DNA from: Chloropicon primus
Lineage: Eukaryota
Assembly: GCA_023205875.1 (NCBI GenBank)
Contig: CP060767.1
Coordinates: forward strand, 310,001-374,000
Direction of reading: 5' to 3'
Length of the DNA stretch: 64,000 nucleotides
Notes under the pieces: model-generated
Database searches by the model: none
Told to the model about the DNA's origin: nothing
The model's input: the letters and a program-made list of their open reading frames with translations, nothing else
Shown here: piece by piece, positions 46,085 to 58,100 of the stretch
Position numbering within the stretch: position 1 is the stretch's first letter
Layout: each line of letters opens with the position of its first letter
Made by a program: the position numbers and the translations under genes

Positions 46085-48601
46085 TCACGACGGCAAGTTC
46101 AGCTTCGTCAGAACCGAGCTGACTTGTATGACTACTATGCCCATGAGCACCATCGGAAGCGCCAGCAGCCACTTCAGGATTCTGTAGTAGCTCATGTGAA
46201 AACTGAGGGAGATGGAGTCGGAATACATCTTGCCAAACTTGTCAGTCATCAAGATCTCCACAGTCCCCGTTGTCCTTGACATCGGGCAAGGGATTTCCAG
46301 AGTGTAAATTCCGGGGTACTCAAAGGTATGGGAGACGCCAACCACGGGATTCTTTCCAGAGTTCATTTCCTCCACACCGATTCCTTTCAGTTTCACTGTG
46401 ATGGCGTAAGGGCCACTCAGGCCCTTCATTGCCGTCGCATCTGCATTAGGAAGGAGCTTGTCACTGATCTCGAAAGAGAGGGAGAATTTCTTGCCACTCA
46501 CGTCCCTCGGAGCTCGGCTCTCGGGGGTGAACGCCACGCTCTCCCTGTTCAGCTTGGTCCCAAATCCATTCCCGGAGTGAACTTGGGCAGTCCAAGTTTT
46601 CAGCGGGTCGTGCCTCGACTTGGTTTTGAAGCTGTAGACGTTTCCGTTCATGGTGGAAACCAGCAAGTCCATGTACCCATCGTTGTCCAAGTCCTCGTAC
46701 AGGACCATGCTGTAGGACGTTTCGCCGATGTCCACGACGTCGGCGCACCCGGTGGATCCATCGACGAGGTACAAGAAGCCATCGAACGACATAGTCACCA
46801 TATGAAGCTTCCCGTTCTCAGCAGAGTTGTCGAGCTTCGCCAAAAGGACGGAGCTCATGATCATGGCGTTTGTCTGGTAGCTCAGCGTGATCCTCCCCGT
46901 TCCTCCGTCCAGCACAAAGATGGTGCCTGATCCGGTGCCGACGACCAACTCCGTCTTTCCATCGCCATTCACGTCGCCAACAGTCGGGCTGTTCGCAATG
47001 AGGGACCCGAGGTGCCTCTCCCATATTTCCCTTCCCACCGTGTTAAACGCGGCCACGTTGCCCTTGCTGTCACACGCAAGAATTTCTGGGACACCGTCGT
47101 CATTGATGTCCTCCACGACGACTTGGGCTTGGACCTCTCCCATTTGTATGGGCCAGCCCGGCATGCTCGTGCCGTTCTGGTCCAGGACATACACAAAGCC
47201 GACACTCGTTCCGACCACAATCTCGGGCTTTCCGTCCGCATCGATGTCCGCCACGGTTGGGGAACTGTACATGTACGCCTGGAAGTTCACGTGGTGCGTG
47301 GACAGGTCAAGGTGCTGGTGCCACTTCACGCTATTAGTAAAAAAGTCGAAGACGAGGACTCCGCCAGCAAGGTAGTTGCTGATGTCAATATCATCCCCAA
47401 GCTCGTCCCTCCTCTCTGGATCGGAGTACACCTCGTGGTCGAACAAATACGTCACCGCAATGACCAGGTCCTCGTAGCCATCTCCATCGATGTCTACCAC
47501 CGTTGGAGTGCACAGAACGTGGGGGTCCAGGGTGATGTAGTCCTCCACCCTCCCTTCGGGGTGGTGGTTCATGTGGTCGTAATAGTCCTCGTCCCAATTC
47601 TCCAGGTAAGGGTCGTCGTAAAGGTCAAGATCGTGGCGGAAGACCTCCTCGTCGCCATAATCGTCGTAAACCTCGTCGTACTCGTCCGGGTGGAGCGCCA
47701 GGAGATCCTCTCCCTCCTCCTCCCCCTCCTCGTCGCTCGCAAAGTCGAACTTATCGTCCTCGTTGAAGACTTCGAAGCTGTCCTGGGCCTCCCCGGAGAG
47801 GGTATTCGCGTGCAAATTTTGCAAGTTCTGGTCATCCGTGGGATCGTGGTGGTATGCCTGGAGCAAAGATCTCCGTGACCTCGCAGCTCCCCCGCCGCCG
47901 CCCTCGTCCTTTCCCTCACCCCGCTCCCCCGCCGCGTCGTCGTGCTGCCGCCTTCCTCCATCTCCGCCCAATATGTCCTTGAGCATGCCCTCACCATCCG
48001 AGTCCGAGACGTCCGGGTGGTCGTGATCGACGTGGTCCGGCTTCAGCCCAACGTACCAGTCCTTCCTGACCTCCAGGCCCGAGATGTGATAGTGCGCCAA
48101 CCTGCGGCCCGTGTCCGAGTAGCACAGTATCTCCCCGCTGTACGTCACTATCACGACGTCAGGCACGCCATCAAAGTCGCAGTCCGCGATCACGGGACTG
48201 TTGTGAAGCGTTGACTTGTGATTTACCGGCCATCCCATGCTCTTGGCCCCGTGCTCTGCCTCCAGGGCCTCCAAGTAATGCACGAAGCTCGGCACAATGA
48301 TCTCCTTCGTCCCGTCGCTGTACAGGTCCGTGATGATCGGAGTGGCGTACACGCTCGAGCTCACCTCCGTCATCCACGCCAATTCGAGATCCACTGGACA
48401 CTCCGTGCTCCTCATCGGCTCCTCGTCGTGGGATGACGAGGAGCTCTTCGGCTCCGCTGCCGAACGCGTGAGGTACTTGTTGCTTCCGACGTCAAACACT
48501 TCATCGTTTGCGATGGGATCACTGAGTTGAGTTTGTCCGAGCTCCAACAAACTTAGGAGGAGGACAAAACCTAGCAGGACAATCACGGAGCCAAAGCCCA
48601 T
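46085..48601 (-). CDS. DEX1: DEFECTIVE IN EXINE FORMATION 1-like FG-GAP-repeat type I membrane protein
   Basis: Signal peptide, WMTEVSSSVYATPII..VPSFVHYLE, DPHVLCTP, multiple DxDxDG repeats, DIGETSYSMVL, STMNGNV, and C-terminal SLSFHMSYYRILKWLL plus a TM helix. Confidence 0.92.
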   Translation of the reverse strand: MGFGSVIVLLGFVLLLSLLELGQTQLSDPIANDEVFDVGSNKYLTRSAAEPKSSSSSHDEEPMRSTECPVDLELAWMTEVSSSVYATPIITDLYSDGTKEIIVPSFVHYLEALEAEHGAKSMGWPVNHKSTLHNSPVIADCDFDGVPDVVIVTYSGEILCYSDTGRRLAHYHISGLEVRKDWYVGLKPDHVDHDHPDVSDSDGEGMLKDILGGDGGRRQHDDAAGERGEGKDEGGGGGAARSRRSLLQAYHHDPTDDQNLQNLHANTLSGEAQDSFEVFNEDDKFDFASDEEGEEEGEDLLALHPDEYDEVYDDYGDEEVFRHDLDLYDDPYLENWDEDYYDHMNHHPEGRVEDYITLDPHVLCTPTVVDIDGDGYEDLVIAVTYLFDHEVYSDPERRDELGDDIDISNYLAGGVLVFDFFTNSVKWHQHLDLSTHHVNFQAYMYSSPTVADIDADGKPEIVVGTSVGFVYVLDQNGTSMPGWPIQMGEVQAQVVVEDINDDGVPEILACDSKGNVAAFNTVGREIWERHLGSLIANSPTVGDVNGDGKTELVVGTGSGTIFVLDGGTGRITLSYQTNAMIMSSVLLAKLDNSAENGKLHMVTMSFDGFLYLVDGSTGCADVVDIGETSYSMVLYEDLDNDGYMDLLVSTMNGNVYSFKTKSRHDPLKTWTAQVHSGNGFGTKLNRESVAFTPESRAPRDVSGKKFSLSFEISDKLLPNADATAMKGLSGPYAITVKLKGIGVEEMNSGKNPVVGVSHTFEYPGIYTLEIPCPMSRTTGTVEILMTDKFGKMYSDSISLSFHMSYYRILKWLLALPMVLMGIVVIQVSSVLTKLNLPS

Positions 48602-49141
48602 GACGTCCTCCCGTCTTCAAAAACAACCACAAGCATGCCACGGAGAACAACAACAATGAGAATGAGAATGAGAATGAGAGAGGCGTTTTCATGGTTCAGT
48701 CATTCGTCAAGCGAGAGGTCAAACGAAAGAGCAAGACGAGGCGGAGGTCGTGGCATCCTCCTCCCTCCTCCTCCTCCTCCTCGTCATCGTCGTTGTTGTT
48801 GTCCCACTTACCCACTTACCCAAACGATTGATCGCGATCGTGATCGTCGTTCTCCCGATTGATCAATTCGCGATCGATCGAAGGCGGGCGGGCAAAGGCG
48901 ATCGCGATCGATCGATCGTGCGAGAGAGGTGGAGGTGAGTACCGCGACGCGAGGGGAAGCGTCGCCAAGGAGGGACCTCGGGTGGTGGTGGGGGGAAGCG
49001 TTACAATTTACTCTCTCGAACGAGTTCTCCCGTCGAAAAAAATAAAGTCTTGCCGTGTTTCCTTGTAGAGTTGTGCGCAGGAGAAAGCTGAGACCATTTT
49101 CTCTCTCTCTGCTCTGTCTGTCTCTGGTGGTGACGGCGAAG

Positions 49142-52100
49142 ATGGCGGAGGGAATGACGGTGAGGGGAGGGGAGGACGGCATGGAGGTGGGCGAGGGCGT
49201 CAGCATGGAGGGCGTCATCGAGGGTTTTGGGGCGGAGGGAACGGCAAGGCCGACGCCAGAAGCTTTCGAGGTTTGGGAGAGGCTTTACATTGATCAGCAG
49301 GGTGGTGGTGGTGGTGCCAGGAGTGCAGCTGGGATGGTGAGGATGGATGCCGAAGGGGATCCTCTTGAGGTAATGTGCGGATTGATTTGGATGCATGGGC
49401 CCAGAGGAACGATAGCTTCCGCTCTTGCATTCAAGCCAGTGTTGAAGGAAGTCGCGACGCATGTGTCCGAGTCCTGCGCGAGGGCGGAGCCTCGGGCGGT
49501 GGTCTGCGTCACCTCTGCTCTGTTGATGCTCGCTGAGCTCCACCCGGTGGTAAGACCCGTCGTCAAGAGGCACTGCTTGAGGTACGAGGTCAGCTTCAGG
49601 CATTGCGGGGCGGGGGATGGCCCGGGGGATGGCGCGGGGTGGCTGGACGCCGTCGAGCTCGCGAAAGCGGGATACAGAGCCGTGTGCCTGACAAGGAAAG
49701 CATCGGTGTACCCGTGGGACTGGAAGTCTTACATCGATCTCATGGGCAGCGAGGACGCGCGGGTGAGGTGGTTCGTTCTCAACGCTTGCGGCAAGCTTCT
49801 TGGTTTGCCCCAACAGACCAGGATCGGCCTGCTCTCCAGAGATTTTAGCCTCGCCGAAAGGCTCCAGCACTACTTGGATTGGCGGTTCGAGCAAAGAAAG
49901 CTGTCAGAATTGCGTTCGCGCGTTCTCTACTCGGACACCGTTCCGTACGAGCACATAGAGGGCCTGAAGAGCACGGTGTTTATCCCAACTCTGGACGGGG
50001 TGACGATTTCGGACGACGGCCGCCGCCGCGGGGAGTCGAACGCATCGTATGTGAGGACAGCCTCGTGCACGGGCATCTACGAATATATCTTGGCCTCCCT
50101 GGAGCAGAACCGCCACATGATCCTCTTTGGTCCGGCCGGCTGCGGCAAATCAGCGCTCATGAAATCCCTGAGAGAGCAACGGAGGAAAAAGGGAGACGAC
50201 GTGCTCACCGTTCACATGCACAAGAGCATGGATTCGAGGGCGCTGGTCGGGACGTACGTCTGCACGTCTCAAGCCGGGGAGTTTCAGTGGAAGGAGGGGC
50301 CTTTGACGATTGCGGCACTTCAGGGGAAGTGGCTTTGCATCGAGGAGATAAACTCGGCTCCGCAGGAGGCCCTGGCCCTGCTTGCGGGCGTCTCGGAGAC
50401 GAATGAGATCCACGTGCCGGGAAGGGGGACGCTGAGAGTGAAGCCTGGTTTCATGATGTTTGGACTGTGCACCCACGAGTCTGGTTCTGGAGTGAGTTAC
50501 CCCCCTTGCTCCCTCCACTTGCAGAGCCGGGTGTGGGCGTACCACTCTTTGCCGATGCACACCGTCGACGAATCGGTCGACATTGCTTTGGCTCTGTACC
50601 CTGCCCTTTCCCCCCTTCGGGACTCTTTGTCCTCGGCGTATTCTTTTGTTTCCAGAATTGTGGAAAAAGGGTGGCAGGATGACAAGGGCACTCAGCAGGC
50701 AATACAGAGCGCGGACTTGTCCTCGGGCGAGGTCATGGCCAACCTCAGGTGCAAATTCAATCTGCGGCATCTGTTGCAACTCTGCAACAGGTTGGTGGAG
50801 TGCCACGGCGAGTGGATAACCCCGGGCGCTCCCTCGGAGACAATCCGGAAGATGGCATTTTACCACACAGTGGACGTCTTCTGCGGCAGCATCCGCGACG
50901 AGGAATTCGGAAAGAAATTCTCTGCCCTGTTCCTGGGTTTCTGGGGCTTGAGCTCCTATCACAAGGACGAGTTCGATCTGTACAAGCCCGTGATGGACGT
51001 GAAGAAATCAAAACTCACGATCGGAAGGGCGAGTCTAGGCCGAAAGGACACGGGTCGTGCCGAGGACAAGGGGCTGCCCTTCGTGGTAACAACGCATTCC
51101 CTCAGGCTGCTGGAGAGGACGGCGATTGCGATCCAGACCCAAGAGCCCATACTTTTGGTTGGCGAAACAGGGATCGGCAAAACCGCGTGCATACAGCACC
51201 TGTCAGCCATAACGGGGACTGAACTCCTGGTGTTGAACATGAACCAGCAATCAGACAGCTCTGACTTGGTGGGAAGCTTCAGACCCGTGGAGTCGCACTT
51301 GCTCCTGATGCCCATGCTGTCCTCGTTCCAGTCCCTTGTTTCGAGGACATGGCCTGCTGGCAACAACATAGAATTCTTCCGGAGATTGCATTCATACGCA
51401 CATAAGAAAAAGTGGATGAAACTCATTCACGGATTCAAGATCGCGTTGCAGAAGCTCTTGAAGTCTTCTACGCTGCTTGGCGCCGAGACATTCAAGTACC
51501 TGTCTGCTTACCTATTGGAGGACAACGCGAGCTCCTCGCAAGCGAAGAGGGCGAAGATAGAGTCTGAGTCGAGCCTTGGCGAGGAAGTGCAGAAGCAGTG
51601 GAGGGCCTTTGTCGACGAGTTGTCAAAAATCGAAGTCCAAGTTCTCACCGACATGAAATCGAACGCGGCGACAAAGGCCCACTTTTCTTTCTCTTTCATT
51701 GAGGGCATCCTCGTCAGAGCCATGAAGGAAGGAAAGTGGCTGCTTGTGGACGAGATTAATCTTGCCCCAAGCGAGGCTTTGGAGAAGCTCTTTGCCGTGC
51801 TCGATTCCAAAATGGGTACCTTTTCTCTCACCGAGAGGGGGGACACTGAGGTCATCGAGAGGCACCCTGATTTTCGGTTCTTTGCTGCCATGAACCCTGG
51901 CACAGATGCAGGCAAGAAGGAGCTTGCCGCGAATCTTCGAAGCCGGTTCACCGAGTTTTATGTGCAGGAGTCGCTGTGCCGGGAAGACCTTGAAGATATT
52001 GTTAGATCATCCTTCAAGAAGATGTCAATGGACAATCCTCCCGCAACAGCTTTGGTAGACTTTTACCTGCACGCAAAACAGGAATCGAAAGTCAGGCTCT

Positions 52101-55100
52101 ATGATTGCGCGGGGCAGAAGCCCCACTACAGCCTCAGAACCCTGTGCAGAACCCTGGAGTACATACTGAAAGCGATTCCCATGTACGGGATGAGCAAGTC
52201 CATAAAGGACGGAGTGTTCATGGCCTTTTTCACGCAGCTTGACAAGGAATCGAGGTCTGTGCTTAGCCAATACTTGCATTCGAAGCTGGGCAAGGAGTTC
52301 AACGACGAGTTCCATGAGCGGTCGCTCGGAGCAGCAGATCCTTTTGTTCAGTTCGAGTCCTTCTTCCTAAGAAAAGGTCCTTTGGAGGTGAAGACGGCGG
52401 GGGATCCCGAGTTCGCAAAGTACATTATCACCAAGTCGATCAAGCAGAGGCTCAGGGACCTTGCAAGGGCAATTTACTTTCACAAATCGCCGATCTTACT
52501 GCAAGGGCCCACATCGGCGGGCAAGACATCGCTCATAAAGCACATTGCCTCCGCAACCGGTTACAAATGCATCCGCATCAATAACCATGCCAACACGGAC
52601 GTCCAGGAATATACTGGTACGTACTCCACGGACATGCACGGGAACATCAGGTTCCACGAGGGCCCACTTGTGCAGGCCCTGAGGATGGGACATTGGGTAA
52701 TACTGGATGAGCTGAATCTGGCGCCGTCAGACGTCCTTGAGGCGCTAAACAGGCTTCTCGACGACAACAGAGAGCTGTACGTGCCCGAGATCAATGAGAC
52801 CATCAAGCCCCACCCCAACTTTATGCTGTTCGCGACTCAGAATCCTGCGGGCGCCTACGGTGGCCGCAAGACTCTTTCGAGAGCGTTTCGGAACAGGTTC
52901 ATTGAGATTTACGTCGACGACATCCCGGAGCAGGAGCTCCCCACGATACTGGAGAAGAGCTGCTTGATCGCAGAGTCCCAGGCCAAGAGGATGGTCCAGT
53001 CATCCAAGAAGCTCAGGCAGTACAGGCAGAAGAGCGCAGTCTTCGCGGGCAAGCATGGCTATATTACCCCAAGAGACTTGCTCAAGTGGGGATACCGCTC
53101 GCAGAGATCAACCCTGCAAGAAATGTCGGACAACGGTTACTCTCTCCTGGCCGAAAGGCTGAGGGACGAGGACGAGAAAGTGATCGTGAAGAGTATCTTG
53201 GAGAAGGAGTTCAAGGCCACGCTGAAGACCGGTGGCATGTACGGGGGCTACGTGACTGACTTGCTAGAAAGCACCGACAAGTCCATGCTGGCGGGGCACA
53301 AGATTTCGATGGGGAAATCCATGCAGAGGTTATTTGCGCTCATTCACAAGTGCTGGCAGAATGGCGAGCCTGTCCTTCTCGTGGGAGAGACAGGGTGTGG
53401 CAAGACGACTGCGTGTCAATTGCTGGCCCAGCTGGCCCAAAAGAGGCTTCACATCTATAACTGCCACCAGCACTCGGAGACCTCTGATTTTATTGGGAGC
53501 TACCGCCCCTCGAGGAATACTCAGGGTGCCACTGAAAACTTTCTCTCGGCGGCGAGGGAGATATTGGGCGTGGAGTCTGTGAGGTGCTCGTGCGAGGGCA
53601 TCGAGGAGGTTGACGCTCTTTCCAACCCGGATTGCTCTTTGTTGAACATGTCCAAAGCACTGGGGTGCATTGAGGACGCATGCGCCAAGCTTGCGGAGGG
53701 CGAGCTCCTCCACTTGTCGCCAAAATTGGAGACAATGAGGGCCTGTCACGCAGAGATGAGGGTCCCCTTTGAATGGGTGGATGGCCCACTTGTCACCGCG
53801 ATGAAAAGCGGAGATTTCATTCTTGTGGACGAGCTCTCTTTGGCAGAGGACGCTGTGCTGGAGCGTCTCAACTCCGTTCTTGAGGTCGGGGGAAGCATAA
53901 CATTGTCGGAGAAAGGCAGCGACGAGGTGGAGGAGATCGTGCCAAAGCAGGGCTTTTTCTTGCTGGCTACCATGAATCCAGGTGGAGACTTCGGAAAGCG
54001 AGAGCTGTCTCCCGCTCTTCGAAACAGGTTCACAGAGGTTTGGGTCCCTCCGATCCAGGATTTGGACGAGATCCGATCTATCATCAAGGAAAGGCTTTCC
54101 TCGGAGGCACTTTCAGGTGAAGTCGTTGAGAACATGCTCAAGGTGTGGCAGTTCCTTTACGATAATTCTTCAGAGGGCTTGGAAGGCAACAAAAAGCAAT
54201 TCCTTTCAATCAGAGATCTTGCTGCGTGGGCGGATTTCATTAACTTGAAGGCAGAAGAGCTGGGCCCCAGCATGGCTTTTGGGCATGGCGCTTATCTCGT
54301 GTTCCTGGACGGCTTCGGCGTTGGGACTGGCAACAGCTTTCACGTCAATGACCTGAAGGAAAAGAGTGAGGAGCTTGTGGCGAATCTTTCGGGGGTCGGT
54401 CAGAAGGCCGATTTGACTAGTCCTGCCGCCAAGGTCATCGCTGACGGCGAGAGCGAATGGGGAATCCATCCTTTCTTCGTGAGCAAGGGGTCCGGCGAGC
54501 AGCACTCGAGCTCCAAGTACAGCATGACTTCTCGCACTGCGATGAAGAACTTGTGGCGAATCCTTCGGGCGATGCAGATGCAAAGGGCGTTGTTGTTGGA
54601 AGGCAGTCCTGGCGTGGGAAAGAGCAGTATGATCCAGAACCTAGCATTTCTGACATCCAACCAGCTCGTGAGAATCAATCTGAGCGAGCATACCGACATG
54701 ATGGACCTCCTCGGGGCTGAGAGCCCATGCGATCCGAGCACGAACGACGGAGCTTTGTTCAAGTGGCAGGACGGACCACTTCTGCTCGCGATCAAGAATG
54801 GGAGCTGGGTCCTTCTTGACGAGCTAAATCTTGCTCAGCAGAGCGTTCTCGAGGGTTTGAATGCTTTGCTTGATCACCGCGCGGAGATCTTCATCCCGGA
54901 GCTGAACAAGGCCTTCGTTTGCTCGCCTTCATTCAAAATTTTTGCGACTCAGAATCCCATGCATGAGGGTGGAGGAAGAAAAGGTTTGCCCAAGTCGTTC
55001 CTTAATAGGTTCACGAAGGTTTACATGGAGGGCCTGAATAGGGACGACTTTCACCACATTCTAGAGGTGCTTTATTCTGATTTGCCGCAATGGCTCCTTC

Positions 55101-58100
55101 ATTCGATCCTGGCCTTCAACGACGAAGTGAAGGAAGCTGTCAGGGTGAGAAGCATAGGGCAATCGGGTGGCCCGTGGGATTTCAACTTTCGCGATGTCAC
55201 GAGGTGCATCGATATCATCTACTCCATCTGTCAGAACCTTGAGAGCCTTTCTGTCCTGCCTCCAGTCCTGGCACTGCAGAAGAAGTACGCGGGGGGCGAG
55301 AGTGGGGCGAGTTTTAGGGATTTGAAAGAAATCGCAGGAAAAGCCATCGAGAGCGTTTACATGCAGAGGATGCGGTCAGCAGCGGACAAGTCATTCCTTG
55401 CCGATCTCTTTTTGAAAGAATTTGAGCTGGACTACTTCAACACGAGGTCCTCAATACCAGAAGTTCGAATCGGACGCTCGGGCCTTTGTGCCGGACTCGC
55501 TCGCATGGAGTGCAACACATCGACAGTCACTGATTCTTACAGATGGGCATCTCTTGACGTGCTTCAAGGTCTGCACACATCCCTGGAGTCCGCCGTGTAT
55601 GCCATCAGCAATGGCTGGATGTGCTCATTCGTGGGGGATTGGAAAGCGGCTGGAATTTCAATACCTTCGTTTGTGGCAGGAGTCACGGGCCACGATCTGA
55701 AGGTGATCAAGCTGACGAATTGTACGGATACATCTGACTTGCTGGGCTCCTTCGAGCAGCACAGCTTGGAGGGTGAGGTTCTCTCGGTGTGCAGGTCCTT
55801 GAGCCTTGTCATAAAGAGAGTCAGCACTATATTGATGGAAGGCGAGGCATCGGACATGTGCGGGGCCACGAATCTTGTGCTCGACTTGCAGCAAGAATTG
55901 CTGAAAGTCGAGAGCTTCGCCCTGAGCTGCAGCAAGATCAAGGGGGAATACCTGCTCAGTCAGTTGGATGCTATCTGCAAGAGAGTGGTGCAAATGAAAG
56001 ACGCCATCGTGGACAATGCCCAGGGAGAACAAGAGTTTGCTTCAACAATGGCGGAGATCATCGCAACAATGAAGGCCATCGCAAGCAACGCGGGGAAGAA
56101 AACGTTTTCCGGTTTTTCTTGGATTGACGGTCCCCTCGTCGAGTCGATCAAGGAGGGGAAGTGGATTCTGCTCGAAGATGCAAATCTGTGCAACCCCGCA
56201 GTCTTGGATCGTTTGAACCCCCTTCTGGAAGGAAGCAATAGCTATTTTATGCTCAATGAGTCCACCGGGAGCATGGAGAGACTGACTCCCCACAGGGACT
56301 TCCGTCTGTTTCTGGCCTGGGATCCCTCTTGTGGGGGTGAAATTTCACGCGCGATGAGAAACAGAGGAATTGAGATCAACTTCATGAGAGAAAGTCTGCA
56401 CTTGCAAGTCGTTGATAGGATCGGGAAGGGTAAGTGCCTCGACACCATCAGTTCCGTGTCTGGTGTCCTTTCATGCATGCTGTCATTCTTTGCGAAGAAC
56501 GGCGTGAGGCCCACTTTGTTATCGGAGGGCTTGCTGTCTCAGCTCCTCAGCTTCTTGGGGGAGAATCCTCAAGCTTCTGGCGAGGAGAAGGGGAAGGAAA
56601 TTCTGTTGAGCATGCTGATGGATTATTTTTCAATCCTGGATCACACGTCATACGGGGTGCGTGGCCACCGCCAGCACATGGAATTCGCGATGCAGTACAC
56701 GAGGTCCCTTCATCATCACCGCGCCGAGGGAGCCACTGCAGGCAACAAGGTCATTGGGAACGCAAAGGTTTTGTCCGAGATTCTCAGTTGCTACTACGGG
56801 CGCTTGAACATGACCTCTGGTGACTTGCTTGAGCCCGATTTTTTGGTTCTGGACTCTGATTCGACTTGCCTGGTCAATCTTTTGGGCGCAAGCCAAGGCC
56901 GCCAGAAGGAGCTGAGGCACGCTTTGGAGCACTTTTTGTATTCTGCAAGAAGTGAGGATGATTTGGCCCTGAGGCAATGCTATGCTCTCAGAGTCTTTCA
57001 TCACGCTGGCTCTTTGGGGCCAAAAGACTCGGTTGCCTTCGAAGCGCTGCAATCGTTTGTGCAGAAGAAAGTGCCCAACCCACTGGCTGGGAAGATCTTT
57101 GAGATAGGAAGGGAAATACGCTCGTGCTACGCTGGCACAGATGTTTTTCAGCACCTGTCGCAGGATCAAAACCTCGATCTCCTCATGGGACAAGCAAAAG
57201 CTGTGTTGGAACAGTTGTATGCCATGGACGAGAGCGCCATGGTGGAAGAGACGAGGAACTGCATCAATGCTTCTGTGCATGTCGACTCTGTTGAGACTAT
57301 GTCCGTTCTGAGCTTCTCCATCGGAATCAGCAAAAGTGGTGAGCTGCAGTACATGGAAGAGAGCCTTAGTGCAAACGCAGCCTTCAAGCACGTTCACGCG
57401 CTTCTGATATCCTTCTACAACTTTGAGAACGCCGTCTTCAAGAGCTTGCCAGGCATCTGGACAAAGGCTTTTAGGGACACCTTCTCGCTGTACCAGAAGC
57501 AGAGATCTCACTTGGTGCAATGGATGGAAACAGAAAGGGCGAAGTCCGTTCAAAACTTTGACTACTTTGTTTACCTCCTTGTTGGCATGAAGGAGTGCGT
57601 GAAGAGGCTGAGATGTGATGTCAATGCGGGGGGTAGCAAATCATACCACCTGCAAGTTGCGAGCTTGTGGGATAGTGTGAATATCCTCATGCACAACCTG
57701 ACGGGGATCGGGGAGCAGTTTCAATACGAGATACCAAAAATTTACGAGGCTGGGAAGCCGCTTTGCGTCGCAGACTCGGGTGTTCTGGCCTTGATGAAGA
57801 TGCTTCGATCCGTGGGTTCTGCGCTCACATTCGAAAACGGGAGGGTCTCCCTCCACCAGGACGACTTTGCTGTTTCCACATTCAGGAAGGACATACAAAA
57901 GGGCGTGGCGCTCATTTTCCTTGCTGCCCAAGATGGGGACGAGGACAAGTTACAGTCTGCTAACCAGATATGCGAAATTCTCGAGAAAAAGTACTCGTAT
58001 CTTTTGCAGAAGAGCGCGGAGTGCAACGCTATGGTTGTGGATGATGACGTGGAACCAGACGAGCATGTTCACAAGATTTTGGCGGAGGATATGAACCTGA

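Noticed and set aside
48898..48905. GCGATCGC (cyanobacterial HIP1 octamer) as a sign of horizontal transfer
   Set aside because: It is an isolated occurrence inside a local GATC cluster, flanked by typical eukaryotic genes.
49370..49439. Putative intron near the midasin start (GAG|GTAATG)
   Set aside because: The sequence reads through in frame without stops, so no intron is needed.
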